A stretch of DNA of 64,000 nt from contig PBLQ01000061.1 of NCBI GenBank assembly GCA_002721815.1, positions 108,905-172,904 of the forward strand. Reading direction: 5' to 3'. Within the stretch, counting starts at the first letter, position 1, and each line of letters begins with the position of its first letter. The translations under genes and the position numbers were made by a program. Source of the stretch: Myxococcales bacterium. GTDB lineage: Bacteria > Myxococcota > UBA727 > GCA-2721815. The notes under the pieces are model-generated. The model made no database searches. It was not told the DNA's origin and saw only the letters and a list, made by a program, of their open reading frames with translations. Positions 58,541 to 64,000 of the stretch are shown here, one piece after another.

Positions 58541-60475
58541 ATGTACACGGTGACGCTGAAGGAAAAAGGCGGGACTGCCAAAGAATTGGATTTTGACCAA
58601 GAGCAAATCACGATTGGTCGAATTCAAGGCAATGATATCGTTTTGCCTAAGGGCAACATTTCCAAGAGTCACGCCAAGATCGTTTGCAAAGATGAAAAAT
58701 TCATTGTGGCCGATCTCAAATCAACCAATGGCACCTTTGTTAATGGCAAAAAGATCATGGCTCCCCAAGTGGTGATCGATACCGACAAAATCTACATTGG
58801 GGATTTTGTGATCACCTTACAAATGGTGTCTGCTGGTCAAGACGATGAAGATGAATTACACCCCATTGAAGAAACCGGTGACCCCGTTAAAGTCGACGAT
58901 GACGTTTTCGCCATGGACGAACCAGCGCCTCCTTTTGTCGACGATGACGATGTTGAAGAGGATTCAGACGAAGATCCCCGCGCAGCTTTAGAAGAAAGCT
59001 CGGATGAAAGTGATGGTTTTGACGCCGAACTGGAGAATATGGCGAACGATTTGTCTGTTTCACAGGATGACGAATCGGCAGAAAGCGACGAAGAGGCTGA
59101 TGAATTTGATTTGGCCGAGGCATCCGTTCCAGAAATAAGTCCACAGGAAAAAGCAGCGGCAAAACCTGCGCCGGAGTTTACTAAAGATGTGGCTGTGGAC
59201 ATGGATTACGAGCGTGAAAGACCCCCGGCGCACGTGAGCTTAGAGCCTCCGAATATCGATAAAGCTGCTTGGCAGGCTCGAGCCGCTGTTTATCGGTCCG
59301 TTTTTAAAGCGCTCAACACCATGGACCAAGCGCTCAATGGCGATCCCGACACCCACAAAAAGGCAGAAAATGCAGCGGCCAAAGCGTTGGAAGCGGTGGC
59401 CAAAAAGCTCGAAGGTGTGCAAGTTGAGCTTTGGGCCAAAGAAATCGCAGATGAGATTGCAGGTCTAGGTGTGATCGATTCAATGTTTACAGCGGGTGCA
59501 GAAGAAATATTGGTACGGGCCTACGACGATATTTTGTTCACCCAAGGGGGAGAACTGAAAACGGCTGACAGTTTCTTTTCAGCGCAAGAGGCGCTTGAAG
59601 AAATCGCCTACCGCATCGGTGGTCAAGAATTTCGTAAAGGTGAGGCCGCCGTCGTTTCAGGCACACACGTCTCGGGTATGCAATTCACGGTCATTGCCGC
59701 GGATGCGGCAGGCACGGGGCCCGTTTTGTGTTTGCGAAAAAAGCAAACCGAAAGCAAAAGCTTTGAAGAGCTCGAGCGCGATGGTGTTTTATCGCCGGCC
59801 ATGACTGATTTTTTGTTGGTCTGTCTCAAAGCCAAAAGAAATATTCTGATTTGTGCTGCCAATGGGGCCGATCTGAATGCTTTTCAAGGAAGTTTGGCAA
59901 AGCTGATTTCCAACCAAGAACGACTGTTGGTGTTACAAGCTCAACCCGCCTTGGCGCTTCCCCAAGAGCAAGTGGTTTCCATGATCGTTGACGATGAGAA
60001 TGCGGATGCATTGGCAAAATCCATGGTGTTTTCCCGCTTTGATCGGGTGGTCGCCAGTGGATTTGGTGGGCGTCTCTTGGGCGCGGTGTTGGTGCACGGT
60101 GGACAGGTGCAAGCCGGGAACATCGTGTCCTGTCACGCGGGATCGGTGCGACATGGTTTAAATCAAATGGTGTTGAGTTTGAGCGGATACGAACAAGAAA
60201 ATGGATTTGCATCTCAAGCCCAAGTGGCCAATGCCATCGACGTGGTCGTCCATCTCGCTCGTGATGTGACGGGGCAGGATCGCGTCACAGAAATTTCGGA
60301 AGTTCTGGATGTGGAAGTAGACTTCATCACCCTTCAATCGCTTTTTCGTTGTGATGTGGGGGCATCGAAAGCCAAAGGTGAAGGGGTTTTTCATCCATCA
60401 GGCCACCTGCCGCGATTCTATGAAGATTTGCAGCGCTGGGGTGTGGATGTGAATCTCAAAGTATTCAAAGTCTAG
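58541..60475 (+). CDS. FHA-domain protein with an acidic linker and a C-terminal CpaF/TadA-like secretion-ATPase fold lacking the Walker A lysine and the catalytic Glu (pseudo-ATPase).
   Basis: FHA: ITIGRIQGNDIVLP...SKSHAKIV...STNGTFVNG. The C-terminus aligns to CpaF (ILICAANGADLN versus IIVSGGTGSGKT; DRVVASGFGG versus DRIIVGEVRG; SCHAGS versus TIHANS). GGAGA RBS. Confidence 0.7.
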   Translation: MYTVTLKEKGGTAKELDFDQEQITIGRIQGNDIVLPKGNISKSHAKIVCKDEKFIVADLKSTNGTFVNGKKIMAPQVVIDTDKIYIGDFVITLQMVSAGQDDEDELHPIEETGDPVKVDDDVFAMDEPAPPFVDDDDVEEDSDEDPRAALEESSDESDGFDAELENMANDLSVSQDDESAESDEEADEFDLAEASVPEISPQEKAAAKPAPEFTKDVAVDMDYERERPPAHVSLEPPNIDKAAWQARAAVYRSVFKALNTMDQALNGDPDTHKKAENAAAKALEAVAKKLEGVQVELWAKEIADEIAGLGVIDSMFTAGAEEILVRAYDDILFTQGGELKTADSFFSAQEALEEIAYRIGGQEFRKGEAAVVSGTHVSGMQFTVIAADAAGTGPVLCLRKKQTESKSFEELERDGVLSPAMTDFLLVCLKAKRNILICAANGADLNAFQGSLAKLISNQERLLVLQAQPALALPQEQVVSMIVDDENADALAKSMVFSRFDRVVASGFGGRLLGAVLVHGGQVQAGNIVSCHAGSVRHGLNQMVLSLSGYEQENGFASQAQVANAIDVVVHLARDVTGQDRVTEISEVLDVEVDFITLQSLFRCDVGASKAKGEGVFHPSGHLPRFYEDLQRWGVDVNLKVFKV

Positions 60476-61109
60476 TTAGAAATTCTTTCAGCGTTTTGTT
60501 GGGCTCCGCGCTTTCGAAAGGTGCTCCCATGAATGCCAGTCCGTGGGCGCCAGCGCTCAGAACGCTTTGCGCATGTTTGGGAACGATACCGCCCAAGCCA
60601 ATGACAGGTATCTGGCATTGGGCAATCGCAGCGGACAATTGCGGCAGCCCCAACGCTTCCTCTTGCGACGTCTTGGAAATAGGCTGAAAAATAGGTGAGA
60701 AAAAAAGATAGTCAGCCCCCAACGCGCCTTCATCACCCTTCAAAGTGCGCTGATGCCGAGAACAACCCAAAAGGGGATTAGGCCCCAATGCCTGACGAAC
60801 AGGTGCCAGCGGAGTTTGATCGGGGCAGTGAAGACCCGCCAAGCCCAAGTCTTGCACCCATTTGGGGTCTCCATAGGTCATGAGCTGTCGGCCCCCTTCA
60901 GGTAATTGGTGCGTGAGCCACTCAAGGTGGCTGTATGCGATCTCGGGATCCTGCGTTTTTCCGCGGTACAACAGCATGATGCGGGCGCGTTGTTCCGCAG
61001 AGAGGGTTCCAAAAAGATCCGTAATGGCTGAAAGATCCAGCCCCTTTTTCTCTAAGAGCTGGGGGCAGATGAGCCAAAAAAGATGTGGAATGGTGTTATG
61101 GCGGCTCAT
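60465..61109 (-). CDS. Thiamine-phosphate synthase (ThiE/TenI family)-like protein.
   Basis: GADYLFFSPIF...SKT and IPVIGLGGI...GAHGLAF motifs. Confidence 0.55.
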   Translation of the reverse strand: MSRHNTIPHLFWLICPQLLEKKGLDLSAITDLFGTLSAEQRARIMLLYRGKTQDPEIAYSHLEWLTHQLPEGGRQLMTYGDPKWVQDLGLAGLHCPDQTPLAPVRQALGPNPLLGCSRHQRTLKGDEGALGADYLFFSPIFQPISKTSQEEALGLPQLSAAIAQCQIPVIGLGGIVPKHAQSVLSAGAHGLAFMGAPFESAEPNKTLKEFLTRL

Positions 61110-61196
61110 GGGGCCTCAATAATGAGCGGAATAGAAAAAACCAAGGTGGTTGGGCCTTGACCGATTCCGCTAAATTGTTCATGAAGGCACCACTTA

Positions 61197-61283
61197 GCGG
61201 CGGTGGCGGAACTGGTAGACGCGCTACGTTGAGGTCGTAGTGGCCAATTGGCCATGGGAGTTCGAGTCTCCCTCGCCGCACCA
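61197..61283 (+). tRNA. tRNA-Leu (anticodon GAG), type II with long variable arm, CCA encoded.
   Basis: Acceptor GCGGCGG/TCGCCGC. Anticodon stem CTACG/CGTAG with loop TTGAGGT. Variable-arm hairpin GGCCAATTGGCC. T-arm GGGAG-TTCGAGT-CTCCC. Discriminator A plus CCA. Confidence 0.9.
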
Positions 61284-61304
61284 TTCATTTCCCTACTCCA
61301 GGAT

Positions 61305-62366
61305 CTATTTCTCCAAGCCACGTAACATGTCTGCTTGGAAGTGGGCTCGAATGGCATCGATCAACTCTTCGAGCTCTCCAGAGAAAAGTTTGGGTAAGTT
61401 GTGTGCCGTCAGCGAAATTCGGTGGTCTGTGCAGCGATCTTGGGGGAAATTGTAGGTTCGAATCTTTTCGGAGCGATCGCCGCTTTTCACCATGGACCGT
61501 CGTTCTTCAGCCCGTTCTGCGTCTAGCTCTCCTTGCATCTTTTCGTAGAGCCGGGCGCGTAAAACTTTCATGGCTTTATTTTTATTTTTGAGTTGGCTTT
61601 TTTCATCTTGGCATTGCACCACCATGTTGGTGGGCAAGTGAGTGATGCGAACAGCAGAGTCTGTGGTGTTCACGCTTTGGCCTCCAGGACCACTGGCTCG
61701 AAAGACGTCCACTCTGATGTCTTTTTCGTCGATCTTGATATCCACTTCTTCTGCTTCGGGCATCACTGCGACGGTGCAGGCAGACGTGTGTACACGACCT
61801 TGTGTTTCAGTTTCGGGTACCCGTTGGACCCGGTGAACACCAGCTTCATATTTGAGGTAGGAAAATACCTGATCGCCATTGATGGCAGCAATAACTTCTT
61901 TGGTACCGCCTTTGGTGCCTTCGGACATGTTCATCACATCCACTTGCCAGCCTTTTTTGCCGGCAAACCGAGCGTACATTTGAAAAAGCTCTCCAGCGAA
62001 TAAAGCGGCTTCGTCACCACCCGTCCCGGCCCGCATCTCTAAAATGATATTTTTTTCATCGTTGGGGTCTTTGGGAAGCAACAAAATTTGAAGTTCGCTC
62101 TCTAAAGTTTCGATTTCTTCGTTGAGGCGCTGTATCTCCTCTTTGGCCATGGACTTTATTTCTTCGTCGTCATCTTCTAAAAGGAGTTCATTGTCAGCAC
62201 GTTCTTGGGTGCTGGATTTGAGAATGGTATATTTATCGACGATGGGCTCGATTTGGGATCGTTCTTTGTTCAGCTCCATCAGATCTTTAGGTGTCAAATC
62301 AGGGCGCATGAGCTGATCGTTAATGGCTTGAAAGCGGGCTGATACTTCGTCTAACTGTTCAAACAC
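61305..62366 (-). CDS. prfA: Peptide chain release factor 1.
   Basis: GGQ motif GGQSVNTTDSAVRITHLPT and RF-1 domain architecture. 353 aa. Confidence 0.9.
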   Translation of the reverse strand: MFEQLDEVSARFQAINDQLMRPDLTPKDLMELNKERSQIEPIVDKYTILKSSTQERADNELLLEDDDEEIKSMAKEEIQRLNEEIETLESELQILLLPKDPNDEKNIILEMRAGTGGDEAALFAGELFQMYARFAGKKGWQVDVMNMSEGTKGGTKEVIAAINGDQVFSYLKYEAGVHRVQRVPETETQGRVHTSACTVAVMPEAEEVDIKIDEKDIRVDVFRASGPGGQSVNTTDSAVRITHLPTNMVVQCQDEKSQLKNKNKAMKVLRARLYEKMQGELDAERAEERRSMVKSGDRSEKIRTYNFPQDRCTDHRISLTAHNLPKLFSGELEELIDAIRAHFQADMLRGLEK

Positions 62367-62369
62367 GAT

Positions 62370-62642
62370 TTAGACCTCAGAGGTTTCTGTGGTAGGTGGC
62401 GTTTCGGTGATGTTGGCGTTGGCAGTGGGTTCGTTTTTTTCCAGGAGGGTTTTAACGATCACCCATAAGGCAACACACATGGGAAGCACGATCACCAACG
62501 TAAAAGCAAAAAAAGGCGAGACGATGTCGATCCAATCTGGCTCCGACAAACGCTCCACGGCGCCTTTGGCCGCTTGCATTGCACCTTGATTTGTTTGCTG
62601 ATGGACCAAAAATGGTTGGAGTGCCTCAATAACTGTATTCAT
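62370..62642 (-). CDS. Hypothetical small membrane protein.
   Basis: One TM segment IVSPFFAFTLVIVLPMCVALWVIV. Wedged between DUF1385 and prfA with 3-8 nt spacers. Confidence 0.4.
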   Translation of the reverse strand: MNTVIEALQPFLVHQQTNQGAMQAAKGAVERLSEPDWIDIVSPFFAFTLVIVLPMCVALWVIVKTLLEKNEPTANANITETPPTTETSEV

Positions 62643-62650
62643 AAGTGTCC

Positions 62651-63739
62651 TCAGGCCACTTGTTGGCGTACATGGTCAAAATTGTCGAAAGTTTCCAGTT
62701 GTCGAGAACGAACTTTCAGGGAGCCGCCTTTATCGGTGACTTGTTGTTCGCGCCAAATTGCTTTGCGCAAAGCGGTGAGGGCCACTTCCTGTTGATCTTT
62801 ATCGGGTCGCCGGGTGGTGAGACGCTGCATCATCATACCTGGTGCGATGATCGCACGGACCCAAAAGGTATCTGGGTTTTTGGCGGCCAACCGTTGGGCT
62901 TCATAGGCCAAGCCTGCCACTGGAAGCATCAGAGGGATTTTAATGGCGAAGGTAAACAGCGCTTGGAGCCAGGGGTGCATGTCCGGAGTTGGAATGAGCG
63001 GGAAAATGGCGGCAAAAACGAAAACTGAAACCGCGATGACCAAAAGGATTAAGCTGGTTCCGCATCGAGGATGTGCGGTGCTCTTGGGGTCGCAATGCGC
63101 CACGTCCAAGGGCTCTTTGGCTTCCCATGTGTGCACCGCCATATGCTCTGCCCCGTGGTACATGAACAGGCGTTTCACATCTTCCATCCTCGAGATGAGA
63201 AGAATGTAGCTGATAAAAATACCCAGCTTGATGGTACCGTCCACCAAGTGAAAGCCCACAGAGTCGATGGGCAGGGCGGATTCTCCATTGGCGCCCAAAA
63301 ACATGCCCAGCCCCCAAGCCAATCCGTGAGGGAGACCTTTGAAAAGCAAAATGGCCAATGCAAAACCCATCACCAAAGAAAGCACCAGCGCGAAACCCGA
63401 GTTGTCCTTTTCTATCTTTTTGGCTTCTTCAGGGTTTTCGTCTTCCATCATTTGGGCTGCAGAAAAATTAAGCGCGGAAATACCGTTGTACATGCTTTCG
63501 ATTAACATGGTGGCGCCACGCAAGAGTGGCCACTTAAGAAAGGTGAAGCGTTCAGATAGAGAGCGCCATGCGTCTTCTCGAACCACAATATTTCCGTTGC
63601 GTCGACGCACTGCCACGGCGAAGGAGTTGGGCGAACGCATCATGACACCTTCCATCACTGCTTGGCCACCCACGAGCGGTTGTGCTGCCAAAAGGATGGT
63701 CTTGATCGCTGATAGTTTGGGGCGTCGCGTTTGCGGCAT
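62651..63739 (-). CDS. DUF1385-family protein (conserved rpmE-prfA neighbour).
   Basis: Internal start MPQTRRPKL. N-terminal LVGGQAVMEGVMMRS and several TM segments. Synteny rpmE-X-prfA. Confidence 0.55.
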   Translation of the reverse strand: MPQTRRPKLSAIKTILLAAQPLVGGQAVMEGVMMRSPNSFAVAVRRRNGNIVVREDAWRSLSERFTFLKWPLLRGATMLIESMYNGISALNFSAAQMMEDENPEEAKKIEKDNSGFALVLSLVMGFALAILLFKGLPHGLAWGLGMFLGANGESALPIDSVGFHLVDGTIKLGIFISYILLISRMEDVKRLFMYHGAEHMAVHTWEAKEPLDVAHCDPKSTAHPRCGTSLILLVIAVSVFVFAAIFPLIPTPDMHPWLQALFTFAIKIPLMLPVAGLAYEAQRLAAKNPDTFWVRAIIAPGMMMQRLTTRRPDKDQQEVALTALRKAIWREQQVTDKGGSLKVRSRQLETFDNFDHVRQQVA

Positions 63740-63819
63740 ATCTTTCACCTCATAAAACAAAGGCTGCACCTGTGTTCGGAAAAGAACATCGGTACAGCCA
63801 GGTTGTAGTGGCGTGCACT

Positions 63820-64000
63820 ATTTCTTTTGGTAGCGTTTTTTGAAGCGCTCCACGCGGCCTTCGGCATCTAATAATCTTGCTTTCCCTGTGTAGTGAGGGT
63901 GACAGGCCGAGCATACATCGATGTTGTATTGCTTGATGCTCTTGGTGTTGAACGTGGCACCACATGCACATGAAATGGTGACTTCGTTGTATTCAGGATG
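63820..64000 (-). CDS. rpmE: 50S ribosomal protein L31 (C-terminal part; start beyond the right edge).
   Basis: Reverse-complement translation ...HPEYNEVTISCACGATFNTKSIKQYNIDVCSACHPHYTGKARLLDAEGRVERFKKRYQKK*, with the CxxC...CxxH zinc ribbon. Confidence 0.85.

Noticed and set aside
61110-61196. Possible TPP riboswitch upstream of the thiE-like gene
   Set aside because: The region is too short (~87 nt) and lacks the CUGAGA/ACCUGA conserved boxes.
1-64000. CRISPR arrays, IS elements, integrases, prophage or defence islands
   Set aside because: I found no direct-repeat/spacer periodicity and no transposase, integrase or phage structural motifs in any frame.

Overview
This 64 kb window is a gene-dense chromosomal segment (about 50 CDS, both strands, frequent 4-nt ATGA/TGA overlaps). 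I see no prophage, transposon or CRISPR array and no rRNA; there is one tRNA, a type II tRNA-Leu(GAG) with CCA encoded. The gene content fits a deltaproteobacteria-like lineage (Bdellovibrionota/Myxococcota type; low-confidence guess): eukaryotic-like Ser/Thr kinases, FHA and PilZ domains, a sigma-54 two-component pair, plant-type glutathione genes, many lipoproteins and outer-membrane proteins.

Reading by eye, on the minus strand:
- a Ser/Thr kinase (partial at the left edge) and a phosphofructokinase
- an EEP-family lipoprotein
- a lipoprotein and an SNF2-family ATPase
- a PilZ protein
- gshB, and a lysine/alanine-rich histone-H1-like HTH protein
- an OMP beta-barrel, an NtrC-type regulator (start out of frame at an A6 run) and a multi-TM histidine kinase
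- a lipoprotein
- a 918-aa periplasmic AMIN-coiled-coil-AMIN protein
- a 7-8 gene operon of NUDIX, a three-subunit molybdenum hydroxylase, a TPR lipoprotein, a double-CDGSH Fe-S mini-protein and a polysaccharide deacetylase
- a thiE-like gene
- rpmE (partial), DUF1385, a small TM protein and prfA

On the plus strand:
- an acyl-CoA ligase
- two tandem half-ArsA/Get3-like ATPases
- methylmalonyl-CoA mutase, meaB and a PhyH dioxygenase
- cdd and an amidohydrolase
- a Ser/Thr kinase and a Pro-rich hypothetical
- mutS, recJ and a secreted hypothetical
- a FadL-like OMP
- plant-type gshA
- rplS, an rnhB-yraN fusion and rsmI
- a small ORF, rluD and add
- aspS
- 2-Cys peroxiredoxin
- a Cys-rich lipoprotein, spoT/rel, and an FHA protein fused to a degenerate CpaF-like pseudo-ATPase

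The candidates most worth a second look are the AMIN-coiled-coil-AMIN periplasmic giant, the FHA/pseudo-CpaF protein next to spoT, the molybdoenzyme-TPR-CDGSH-deacetylase operon, the split ArsA pair, the RNase HII-YraN fusion, and the histone-like protein.
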